From a virus (lineage: Duplodnaviria; Caudoviricetes), in the IMG/VR virus record IMGVR_UViG_2906610324_000001, positions 57,324-121,323 of that record: a DNA stretch of 64,000 nucleotides. One strand, given 5' to 3'. The position numbers were made by a program, and so were the translations under genes. The notes beneath the pieces are model-generated. The model searched no databases. It was given only the letters and a program-made list of their open reading frames with translations, and was not told where the DNA came from. The number at the start of each line of letters is the position of its first letter. The stretch's first letter is position 1. Positions 18,651 to 27,691 of this stretch are shown here, one piece after another.

Positions 18651-19022
18651 ATGAAGTGGTTCGTGGCGCTGATCGCTGCTGCCGGTGTGTTGGGTGCCAC
18701 CCAGGCGCTCGCCGCGAAGGCACATATTGCCGAGTTCACTGATGTCGGAGTGACCGCGACGAACATTCGGGCGCAGATTGCGGCCATGCCGCCGGCGGTC
18801 GAGCAACCGATTGTCGACTTCACGTCCGGTCATGCTGAGTCAGCGGCGTTCACGACCGGTACGACGTACATCCGCGTAAATTGCGACACGAGGTGTGCGG
18901 TGAAGATCGGTCCAGCCGGATCGACCACGGCGACAACGGTGAACACGCCGCTCGGGCCGGATGCCCCGGAATATTTCGGGGTCAAGGCCGGCCAGATCAT
19001 CTCGATCGTGGCCAACCCATGA
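18651..19022 (+). CDS. signal-peptide-bearing beta-rich protein in the tail module
   Basis: MKWFVALIAAAGVLGATQALA; CDTRC. Confidence 0.7.
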   Translation: MKWFVALIAAAGVLGATQALAAKAHIAEFTDVGVTATNIRAQIAAMPPAVEQPIVDFTSGHAESAAFTTGTTYIRVNCDTRCAVKIGPAGSTTATTVNTPLGPDAPEYFGVKAGQIISIVANP

Positions 19023-19249
19023 AGCGCGCTACCGCAGCGCTGACGGCCGCCGCTCTGCTGGCCTCCGCCCTCTGGGGGACGGACGTGCAAGCCCTCGGCC
19101 TCGGCAAGCTTGGCGTTGGCTTCGGGAAGATGGGCCGCGTCGTCATGAAGAAGCAGCCCGGTGGCACGCCGCCGGTAGGCTGCGCCGGGCCCGGCCAGTT
19201 GGATTTCTCCGACACCTGCCAAACCGCAATCATTTCAGCTCTGCTCTGA
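19019..19249 (+). CDS. small signal-peptide-bearing protein with LGLG.LG.G.G motif
   Basis: ATGA overlap; MKRATAALTAAALLASALWGTDVQA. Confidence 0.6.
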   Translation: MKRATAALTAAALLASALWGTDVQALGLGKLGVGFGKMGRVVMKKQPGGTPPVGCAGPGQLDFSDTCQTAIISALL

Positions 19250-19258
19250 GGTCATATT

Positions 19259-20311
19259 ATGCGCAAGATTTCACTTGCTCTTGCCCTGGCTGCTGGTCTG
19301 ATCGGTTCGGCTCAGGCCGACTTCACCAGCAAGAACCAGGCTGGTGTAACGATCACGTTTAAGAGCAGCGGCGACTGTACCAGCATCGTTTGCGTCGTTC
19401 CGCATTATCTGACCGACAGCACCGGCGCCGCGGTTGGTACGGCGGCCAATCCGCTTTCGTTTCAGTTCGGCACCGGTGTTTTGCTTCCCGCTTTTGCGGC
19501 GACGCCGACCTTCAATCTCGGCACGCTGAACGGAGCCGCAACCGCCGCGGCCCAAGCGACTGGCAATACGTCGGTGGGCAACATCGATACCTCCATCGGC
19601 GCCCAGGGCAATACGACATGGGATGGCTCGAGCGCAGCCACATTGATGGCGATCAATCGCTATCAGGGTGTCAAGCTCGAGGCGATCCGGGCGCTGGTGG
19701 CCGGCACGCTTACCGTCGGCTTGCCATCCGGGGCCGCCACGGCCGCCAACCAGACCGGCGGCGGACAGAAAACCCAGGTCGTCGATGCCTCGGGCAATAC
19801 GATCGGAGCGGGCTTCGCGGCATACGCGACGGCCTCGATCACTCGCCCGGCCAACACGACGACCTATACCGTCAACACCGGCTGGAACAACGCAACGTCG
19901 GGCGCTACCAATTTCTTTTCGCTGACTGGCGTGTGCCGCGTGAATGGCGGTCAGGTGCTGATCACGCGGGTGGATGTCTGGTCGAGCGCCAATCCGACGC
20001 TGAAGCTGAGCGGCGTGCTGTGGCTGTTCTCTGCGGTGCCGGGCACCAACGTCAACGACAACGCGGCCTTCAACATCGCGTCGGCTGACTTCGCCAACCT
20101 GACGGCGGGCTTCAACGGCATCGGCTTTACGCTCGGCAGCAATCAATCGTCCGGCTCGAACAGCGGTACGAGCCTATCTGGGACGTCCTATCAGGCGCAG
20201 TGCGCGTCCGGCGCCACCACCATCACGGGCATGGTTGAGGTCACCAACGCCTACGTTCCGGTGAGCGGCGAGGTACTGCGCGTCGGAATTGCTACTGTGG
20301 GGCTCAACTGA
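19259..20311 (+). CDS. signal-peptide-bearing fibre-like protein
   Basis: MRKISLALALAAGLIGSAQA; Thr/Ala/Gly-rich. Confidence 0.75.
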   Translation: MRKISLALALAAGLIGSAQADFTSKNQAGVTITFKSSGDCTSIVCVVPHYLTDSTGAAVGTAANPLSFQFGTGVLLPAFAATPTFNLGTLNGAATAAAQATGNTSVGNIDTSIGAQGNTTWDGSSAATLMAINRYQGVKLEAIRALVAGTLTVGLPSGAATAANQTGGGQKTQVVDASGNTIGAGFAAYATASITRPANTTTYTVNTGWNNATSGATNFFSLTGVCRVNGGQVLITRVDVWSSANPTLKLSGVLWLFSAVPGTNVNDNAAFNIASADFANLTAGFNGIGFTLGSNQSSGSNSGTSLSGTSYQAQCASGATTITGMVEVTNAYVPVSGEVLRVGIATVGLN

Positions 20312-21540
20312 TGTATGATCGTCCCAGATGGGCAGCATGGATTGTTCCGATCCTTGCGCTGGTCGCCTTCGTCGCGATCTTCATCAACTTCCTGCAGCAT
20401 GTCACTGAAGCGCACGCTCTTGAACAGCGCACGCGCGCGTCGCTGCTGGCCAAGCCACCGCCGTTCTCGCAATACCTGGCGTATGACGATTACACGGGCG
20501 CAACCAAGTCGCTGAATGGCCGCATCCCGCCGAAGGGGCCGGCGTATCAGGCCAGCGGCACCGGCGCGGCGAACGGCATCGCAGGCGGCGGCCGGATGAC
20601 GCTGCCGGTCGCGAGTCAGGCTCTCTACGCCTTCCAGCAATTCAATCAGGTGCCGCGCCGCATCTCGTGCCTGTGGAACTATCCGTCCGGCACGGTGAAC
20701 ACTCCGCCGACCTACGCGTTCACCAACGACACCACAGGGACGCTGCCCTATCTGCACGGCGAGAGTGACGCCTCGTTCTTCCTCCTGCGTCTCGGCGTGA
20801 ACGGCGCCAACTTTACCCAGCCCGCATGGTGGGTGTCCGCCAGCTACTCGCTGACATCAGGCGTCGAGTATCAGTCAGAGCTCAACTACGACGGTGGCAC
20901 CAACGCGTCCATGGTGATGCGAAACGCCTCGACCGGGGCCGTGCTTGGCAGTGAGACCGTTCATGATCCGCAGCTGGCGACCTACGCCGGGAAGTTGACG
21001 TTCTCGGAGTTTCTCGACAATCTCCTGCAGATCAATCGCTGCACGGTCGAGGCGACCACCAGCTATCCGTTCCCGACGCTGAGCCCCTACGTCGAGACGA
21101 CCTTTCCGACCAGCGCGTCTCCGTTCGTGTCCGATCCGGGCTTCGGCGGCTCGGTGGTCTTCAACGCCGCCGGGTCCGTCACGATCTCCGGATCGGCCTT
21201 CCCGGCTGGCGGCGGCATGACGCTCGGCGCTCTCAATAGTGGCGACACTCTGTGGGCGTCGCTGGACATCACGTCCTGGACCGGGTGCACGTCAGGCAAT
21301 CCGTGCGCGTTCAGCATCGTCGCCAATTCCGGCACCACGATCACTGCTATTCAGCCCATCCCGGCCGCGGCGGGACGATATCAATTCAACTTTCCGATCA
21401 ATACCTCGGACTCGAACGCTCGCTTCATCGTCACCGGCCCGCTGAACCCCGGCGGCGTCGCATACTCCGTGACGATCTCGGGCGCAAACCTGTATCGCAA
21501 CACTCCGTCGGCGCCTCCGACGCCTCCGCAGCTTCAATAA
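20311..21540 (+). CDS. signal peptide/anchor, beta-rich lectin-like protein
   Basis: N-terminal hydrophobic helix ending AHA; Ser/Thr/Asn-rich. Confidence 0.7.
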   Translation: MYDRPRWAAWIVPILALVAFVAIFINFLQHVTEAHALEQRTRASLLAKPPPFSQYLAYDDYTGATKSLNGRIPPKGPAYQASGTGAANGIAGGGRMTLPVASQALYAFQQFNQVPRRISCLWNYPSGTVNTPPTYAFTNDTTGTLPYLHGESDASFFLLRLGVNGANFTQPAWWVSASYSLTSGVEYQSELNYDGGTNASMVMRNASTGAVLGSETVHDPQLATYAGKLTFSEFLDNLLQINRCTVEATTSYPFPTLSPYVETTFPTSASPFVSDPGFGGSVVFNAAGSVTISGSAFPAGGGMTLGALNSGDTLWASLDITSWTGCTSGNPCAFSIVANSGTTITAIQPIPAAAGRYQFNFPINTSDSNARFIVTGPLNPGGVAYSVTISGANLYRNTPSAPPTPPQLQ

Positions 21541-21710
21541 CGAGGCGTTGCCGCTACGCCCATCGCGGACTGCAGGTCACTCACCCTAGCCCCCATATTT
21601 CCCGCCTTTAGGACCGGTTGGTGCCGGTAGAGGATTGGTGTCCTCGTGAAGTGCGGTCTCACCCCCTGGCGCCAGCCAGGTTCCCTTGTCCACCAAGGTG
21701 ACACCAAATC

Positions 21711-22157
21711 ATGACTGAATCCCCCGAGAAGACCGTGCGTAAGTTGAAGTTGTCCTCAATGAGGGCCGACAGCCAGAAGGAGCGAGAAGGCGACTGGGTG
21801 CCGGCGATCGATATCGACACCTCCGGCGCCATCCGTTGGTTCGTTCGATCGACGAATTACGCTCCCTTCAAGATCGCCAGGGACGCCATCAGCGCCAAGC
21901 TTGCCCGGAAGCACGGCGACAATGTCCCCGACGACGTTCTCGCCGAAACCCACGGCAGTCTCGCTGTCGAGCACCTTCTGCTCGGCTGGGAGGGGCTGGT
22001 CGACGACGATGAGCAGGACATTCCGTTCTCGCCGGCGAAGGCCACCGAGATCCTGACCGATCCCGAGTACCGCTATGTCCGCGGCTCAATCTACGGCGCG
22101 GCGATGCGGGTTGGCCGCGAAGAGGCCGAATTCGTTGCGGCCAAAGTAAAAAACTGA
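21711..22157 (+). CDS. tail assembly chaperone (gpG-like)
   Basis: LLGWEG motif; upstream of tape measure; ends KN-stop. Confidence 0.85.
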   Translation: MTESPEKTVRKLKLSSMRADSQKEREGDWVPAIDIDTSGAIRWFVRSTNYAPFKIARDAISAKLARKHGDNVPDDVLAETHGSLAVEHLLLGWEGLVDDDEQDIPFSPAKATEILTDPEYRYVRGSIYGAAMRVGREEAEFVAAKVKN

Positions 22158-22591
22158 GGGCTGCCCTTCGCTACGAGTTCGAGCAGAAGGGCATTGATGA
22201 CTGGCTTCTCGAATTAGCCGAAGAAGATCCTGACGCCGTAGAGTTTGCGGCAGAGGCGGAGCGGCCTGACGATACCGTATTGCCGTTCTGGGCTGAAACG
22301 TATTGGCGCGCCTGGCATGCCCTTCGGTTCGATCGGCAATACGGCGCCATGGGCGGTCAGTCACCCATCAGCTTCCTTTCCATCGATACCTACGCGCGGC
22401 GCTACGACATTCGTGGCGTCGAGTTCGAGACTTTCTTGGCGTTCGTGAGCGCCATGGATGAGGAATATCTCGAGCATGTTCAGCGTGAGGCCGATCGGGA
22501 GAAGGAAGCCGAAGAAAACCGCAAGGCATTGAGAGAGGGAGGGCAGGCAAATGGCGAGAGTAGCGCTGTCGTCCCTGCGAGTCACGTCTGA
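22148..22591 (+). CDS. -1 frameshift extension (gpGT-like)
   Basis: slippery A AAA AAC at 22148-22154; -1 frame open to 22591. Confidence 0.8.
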   Translation, partial: KKLRAALRYEFEQKGIDDWLLELAEEDPDAVEFAAEAERPDDTVLPFWAETYWRAWHALRFDRQYGAMGGQSPISFLSIDTYARRYDIRGVEFETFLAFVSAMDEEYLEHVQREADREKEAEENRKALREGGQANGESSAVVPASHV

Positions 22592-25500
22592 TTTCGACGC
22601 CTCGGGCTATGTCCGGGGCGCCGCTCAGAAGGTGGACGCCGACAACAAGATGATTGCGAGCGACAAGGCTCGCAATGCGGCACTGGCGCAGTCGGATGCC
22701 GCCCTGGCCAAGATCCCGGGCGGGATGACGTCGGTCAGCAAGGCGCTCCTCGACGGCTACGGCGCCGGCGCCCAGTTCGAGGCGATCATCCGTCGTATCG
22801 GCAACGCCGCCGACCGAGGGATGGGGCTGGATCGCGTCAATCTGCTCCTCGACGCGGCTTACCAGAAGTTTGGGCTCACCGCTGATGCGGCTTCGTTGGC
22901 CGAGAAGGGCTTCGTCTCGATTTCCGGGGCCGTTACCCAGCTCAATGAGCAATATTCCGTCCACGCCGAGGTCGCGACGCGCGCGGCGGCTGCAATTGAG
23001 CAACTCGCCGCAGCACAGAAGAGCCAAGCCGCGATCAACTCGACACTTGGCATCGGTGGCGACACGACGAAGTCGGCACAGGAGAGCGCAGACGCCTTCA
23101 TGGCGCAGTATGGCGGCTTGGCTGGTGTCGCGCGCGCGCAGGCCGAAGAGGCCGGCAAGGCGTTCTCGCAGGATCTGGATCAACTGATGATCGCCGGCGC
23201 CGCGAAGTCAGCCAAGGATTCCGCCAGCGTCTTCGATCAGAACCTGCGGCAATTGGACGAAATCGCGACGCAACGGGCGCAGCAGGCCGGCGCCAACTTC
23301 CAGCGCAGCCTCACCGAGGCGCTGGGCGGTGGCGGCGCGGCTGCGACGTCGCTCGGCGCGACCTATGAGGCGCTGGCGGCCGAGATGCAGCGGCTCGACC
23401 AAATTGACCAGGCGCGGGCCGCGCACGTCGCGCAGAGCACTCAGCAGGCGATCGCACAGGCCTACGGGTTCGACCAGGTCACGAAGTCGGCGAGGGCATC
23501 GGCTGCCGCATTCATGGAAATCGACGCCGCCGGCGCTGCGTTGGCTGCCGAATTCGACGAGGCGGCCGCCGCGGAACAGAAGGCAGTCGCGGCCGCGGAG
23601 CAGTTGCGCGCCCAGTTGAATCCTCTCCAGGCCGAGATGATCAACCTCGGCAAGCAAACAGCCGCCTACCGGCAACTGTTGAACGACGGCGTGATCTCGA
23701 CTTCCGAATACGAGCAGGCGCAGGTCTTGCTGGCGAAACGGCTGACTGACGTCCAGATGCAGCTGAAGAACACCAGTTCGACCGGGCGCGTGGCGTCGGG
23801 CGAGCTCGTCAACCTGTCCTACCAGCTGAACGACGTCGTGACCGGCCTAGCACTGGGGCAGTCGCCGTTCATGATCCTGGCGCAGCAGGGTGGCCAGGTA
23901 TTCCAAATCTTCCAGTCCTCGAAAGCGAGCATCTCCGACTTCGCGTCGACGATCGGGTCGAAGTTCCTTGGCTTGCTGAGCGTGAGCCGGGTGGCTTGGG
24001 GCGGTATCGCGGCCGCGGTCGGCCTGGGCATCGCGGCCTTGATCTCGTATCAGAGCAAGCAGTCGGAGGTCCAGCGGTCGCTCCTGGGCGCGGGCCGGGC
24101 CAGCGGTGCGACCGTGGGCAGCATCAACTCCATTGCGGATGCTGGCGCCTCGCGGACCGGGCTGTCGGTGAACGAAGCGCGTGAGCTCGCGACGGCATTG
24201 GCGCAAACTGGCAAGGTCGCGAACGACAACATCCTGCCCATCGTCAAAATGGGCAAGGATATCGCGACGGTCTACGGCACGGACGCCGCCGAAGCCGCCA
24301 AAATGCTGGCCGACGCCTTCGCCGATCCGGTCAAGGGTGCGGACGACCTCAATCAGCGGCTCGGCTTTCTCGACGGCGCCACCAAGCAGCTCATCACCAA
24401 CCTGGTGGCGCAGAACAACGTCTATGCGGCGCAGGTGGTACTCGCGAACGCGGTCAAAACGAGCCTGCTGGACGTTTCCGCGACGGTGTCGACAACGAAG
24501 TCCGCATGGACGGCGCTTGGCAATGCCGTCTCGAATGCGTGGGATTCGATTGGCAAGAGCATCTACAACGTCCTGAATCCGCTGCAGGGCCTCGATGCTC
24601 AGTTGGATGCGGCAAAGCGCAAACTTGATCTCCTGCAGAAAACAGGAGGACGGACGGTCGACCCCGATACGGGCATGCTCGGGGCTATTGCTGACCCCGC
24701 TGCAATCGCCGCGGCCCAAGCGCAGATCGAGAAGCTCACCGCCGCGCTCCAGCGCCAGAAGACGGCGGCCGATGATGCCCGAAACGCGCAGCAATCGTTG
24801 GCTCAGCAGCAAGCGATCCGGACCGCGCTGCCGCAGATCGCGCAGACGCAGGATCTCCAAAATCAACTGAAGCTGTTGCAGGACCTCGCCGCGGCCCCTG
24901 ACGTCGACCAGAAGCTCGCCAAGGTCGGGCAGTCCATGGATCAGCTTCAGCGGTCGATCGTCGCCACAAGCGCCGCGCTGGCGGCAATCCCAAAGAACGC
25001 GCTTGTCGACTTCCTGGGCAACGCGGCGAGTCCAGCGGAACGTCTAGCCGCAGGGCTCGAGCAGATCCGCGCGAAGTCTGCTCAGATCAACGCCTCGCCG
25101 ACAGACACCAGCCGCGCGACGTCGGCGCTCCAACTCGATATTGCCTCCAGCGTCCAGTCGGCGCGGATGTCGGCTTTGGGCCAGTCGGCCGGCGTAGCGG
25201 ACAGCGTCAAGCAGAAGTTCCTCGAGCTCCAGCGAGCTCAGGAGGCTGGGGCTGGCCTGACGGCGAAGCAGATCCAGGACCAGCTGGCGCTGGCGCGCGC
25301 GCAGGCCGACGGATCGCTGCAGATCAAGGCGCAGGTCGACGCGACCACAATCCAGACCGCCACCATCGGCATGTCCGCCGGCGCGGCTGCAGAATACACC
25401 GCGAAGATGACGGCACTCGCCGATGCCGTCCGCAACCACAAGGAACTGACCGACCAGGACAAGGCGGCGATCGACGCGCAGGCCAAGGCCCTCGGCGCCG

Positions 25501-26381
25501 CGGCGCAGGCGAACGCGCTCAAGCAGATCCAGAACGACATCCGGTTCGGTCGCCAGACCGCGCTGCTGTCGCCGGATGACGTCCAGATCGCGCAGCAGTT
25601 GAAGTCGGTTTACCCCGACGTCGCCACCGCGCTAGCATCGGTCGAGGCTCAGGCGCTGCGCACCAACGCTGCGATCGGTCAAGCCTCGTCGACCATTTCG
25701 AGCGATCTCGTGACCGGCATCACGGACGCGCTCGATGGGACCAAGAGCTTCGGGCAGGCCTTCAGCGACACCTCGAAGCTTGTGATCCGAGCGATCGAGG
25801 AAATGATCATCAAGCTGCTCGTTGTCGGCCCGCTGATGCGCAGCCTGCAGAGCTCGTTCAGTGGCCTGGGCGACGGCGCCGACTTCGGTTCGCTCCTCGG
25901 TTCCGCCGGCGTCAGTTTCGGCTCGCCTGGCACCGCCGGCAGCAACCTGTTCGGCCCGGTCGCGCCGAGCGCGCTGGGCAACGCCTTCGCCCGCGGCAAC
26001 ATCATCCCGTTCGCCCGCGGCGGGGTCGTGACGCGGCCGACGCTGTTTCCGATGGCCAACGGCGGTACCGGCCTCATGGGAGAGGCTGGAGAGGAGGCGG
26101 TGATGCCGCTGCGCCGCGGTCCAGACGGACGCCTGGGCGTCTCGGCCGGCGGCCTCGGTGGTGCCGCCAACGACAACTCGGCATCGGGAAATGTCGTCGT
26201 GAACATCTACAACGCGCCGTCGGGTTCGGATCCGCAGACCAGCGTCAGTCGGACGAACAACGGCAGCCAGGTGGACATCGTGTTCAAGAACGCCGTAACC
26301 GGTCTGATGGTCGACGATGCCGCAAAGAATGGCCCGATCTCTCAGGCCATCTCATCCCGTCAGCGCGGCTTCGGGAGTTAA
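22551..26381 (+). CDS. tail tape measure protein
   Basis: 1276 aa Ala/Gln-rich; QQGGQ and FARGG..MGEAG.EAVMPL motifs. Confidence 0.95.
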   Translation: MARVALSSLRVTSDFDASGYVRGAAQKVDADNKMIASDKARNAALAQSDAALAKIPGGMTSVSKALLDGYGAGAQFEAIIRRIGNAADRGMGLDRVNLLLDAAYQKFGLTADAASLAEKGFVSISGAVTQLNEQYSVHAEVATRAAAAIEQLAAAQKSQAAINSTLGIGGDTTKSAQESADAFMAQYGGLAGVARAQAEEAGKAFSQDLDQLMIAGAAKSAKDSASVFDQNLRQLDEIATQRAQQAGANFQRSLTEALGGGGAAATSLGATYEALAAEMQRLDQIDQARAAHVAQSTQQAIAQAYGFDQVTKSARASAAAFMEIDAAGAALAAEFDEAAAAEQKAVAAAEQLRAQLNPLQAEMINLGKQTAAYRQLLNDGVISTSEYEQAQVLLAKRLTDVQMQLKNTSSTGRVASGELVNLSYQLNDVVTGLALGQSPFMILAQQGGQVFQIFQSSKASISDFASTIGSKFLGLLSVSRVAWGGIAAAVGLGIAALISYQSKQSEVQRSLLGAGRASGATVGSINSIADAGASRTGLSVNEARELATALAQTGKVANDNILPIVKMGKDIATVYGTDAAEAAKMLADAFADPVKGADDLNQRLGFLDGATKQLITNLVAQNNVYAAQVVLANAVKTSLLDVSATVSTTKSAWTALGNAVSNAWDSIGKSIYNVLNPLQGLDAQLDAAKRKLDLLQKTGGRTVDPDTGMLGAIADPAAIAAAQAQIEKLTAALQRQKTAADDARNAQQSLAQQQAIRTALPQIAQTQDLQNQLKLLQDLAAAPDVDQKLAKVGQSMDQLQRSIVATSAALAAIPKNALVDFLGNAASPAERLAAGLEQIRAKSAQINASPTDTSRATSALQLDIASSVQSARMSALGQSAGVADSVKQKFLELQRAQEAGAGLTAKQIQDQLALARAQADGSLQIKAQVDATTIQTATIGMSAGAAAEYTAKMTALADAVRNHKELTDQDKAAIDAQAKALGAAAQANALKQIQNDIRFGRQTALLSPDDVQIAQQLKSVYPDVATALASVEAQALRTNAAIGQASSTISSDLVTGITDALDGTKSFGQAFSDTSKLVIRAIEEMIIKLLVVGPLMRSLQSSFSGLGDGADFGSLLGSAGVSFGSPGTAGSNLFGPVAPSALGNAFARGNIIPFARGGVVTRPTLFPMANGGTGLMGEAGEEAVMPLRRGPDGRLGVSAGGLGGAANDNSASGNVVVNIYNAPSGSDPQTSVSRTNNGSQVDIVFKNAVTGLMVDDAAKNGPISQAISSRQRGFGS

Positions 26382-26384
26382 ACG

Positions 26385-26756
26385 ATGGCTCTCCCAACCT
26401 GGCCCGCGGTCAATTATCGACCGCAGAAGAGCGGCTTCCAGATCACGAAGCGGTTTCTTGATCCGATCGCGACCGACATGGAGGGCGGCAATACCCGCGA
26501 GCGGCCGCGCCCTGGCGACAATGTCGGAACCGTTGTGCAGACGATCAACCTGACGCTTGCCGAACATGACGTCTTCGTGGCGTGGGTCCGCGACACGATC
26601 GGCAACGGGAGCGGGCGGTTCACGGCGAGCATCTGGCTCGGATCGTCCTACGTCTCGAAGACGTGCAAGTTCGCTAAGGGCGGCAAGCCATCCTACGTCC
26701 CGGTTGGGACAAGGTATGTCGCTGTGTCCATGACGCTGATGGTGTTTAACCTCTGA
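26385..26756 (+). CDS. distal tail protein (putative)
   Basis: synteny after TMP. Confidence 0.6.
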   Translation: MALPTWPAVNYRPQKSGFQITKRFLDPIATDMEGGNTRERPRPGDNVGTVVQTINLTLAEHDVFVAWVRDTIGNGSGRFTASIWLGSSYVSKTCKFAKGGKPSYVPVGTRYVAVSMTLMVFNL

Positions 26757-27280
26757 TGGCGAGCCACAGCGAAGCCCTGCTCGAGGCATACGCGTCTTGC
26801 CCGCCGAGCGCGCGCGTCTATCACACGCTCGAGATCTGGCAGTCCTCATTCGATGTTCCGGCGCGTGTCGTCGCAAATGTCGGCGATGACATGACTTTCG
26901 GGATCGAATTGTCCGGTCCGCGCAATCCCGGCGAGACAGCGACGTTCATCGCTTGCCCGTTCGAGTCGACATATCCGGAACAGCGGCAAGGCCAACCGCC
27001 GCAGACCAACATCAAGATCGACAACGTCAACCGCGATTTGCTGCCGAAGATCCGTGCGGCGCTGGGCTACCGCGAATACATCTCGGTCCTGTACCGAGAA
27101 TATCTCGCGACGGATCTCACCCAACCGTCATACGGCGCCGTCGAGTTTGAGCTCCGCAACGTGAAGGTGGTTGGCACCTCGATCACCGGCACCGTGATGG
27201 TGAAGAACCTGCAGAACAAGCGGTTTCCACGCCTCACGAAGAACTACGACTACGTCCAATTCCCGAGCCTATTGCCGTGA
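26756..27280 (+). CDS. DUF1833-like minor tail protein
   Basis: EAYAS...TLEI, IDNV, YREYL motifs. Confidence 0.75.
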   Translation: MASHSEALLEAYASCPPSARVYHTLEIWQSSFDVPARVVANVGDDMTFGIELSGPRNPGETATFIACPFESTYPEQRQGQPPQTNIKIDNVNRDLLPKIRAALGYREYISVLYREYLATDLTQPSYGAVEFELRNVKVVGTSITGTVMVKNLQNKRFPRLTKNYDYVQFPSLLP

Positions 27281-27690
27281 TGAAGCGTTCCGAGTTTTTG
27301 GCCCCGCTCATTGGCGAACCATGGGCCTGGCAGACCCGCAATTGCTGGGACTTCGTCTGTCACGTCGAGAAGGAAATGTTCGGGCGCGACCTTCCGCGCG
27401 TCCCGGTACCGAACGACTTCTCGAAGCGCTGGGTGCTCGAGTCCTTTGAGGGGCATCCGGAACGGGGCTTCTGGCGCGAGGTGCCGGAGGGGCCCGGCGG
27501 TCTCGTCGTTGCCGCGGATGGTGCGCTGGTCCTGATGGCGCATCTCCGCACGCCGGCGCACATCGGCGTCTGGCTGAAGTCCGAGCAGCGGGTCATCCAC
27601 TGTGACGAGAAGCAGGGTGTCGCCTGCGAAACTGTTCTGGCCCTGCGTCAAATGGGTTGGAAGAAACTCCGGTTTTTCGAGCCGAACTGA
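27277..27690 (+). CDS. NlpC/P60-like tail tip protein
   Basis: IG.PW...NCW, HIGVW, VIHC. Confidence 0.75.
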   Translation: MMKRSEFLAPLIGEPWAWQTRNCWDFVCHVEKEMFGRDLPRVPVPNDFSKRWVLESFEGHPERGFWREVPEGPGGLVVAADGALVLMAHLRTPAHIGVWLKSEQRVIHCDEKQGVACETVLALRQMGWKKLRFFEPN

Positions 27691-27691
27691 C

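Noticed and set aside
22148-22154. Tail chaperone -1 frameshift as a novelty
   Set aside because: Real but standard for long-tailed phages; listed as a feature only.
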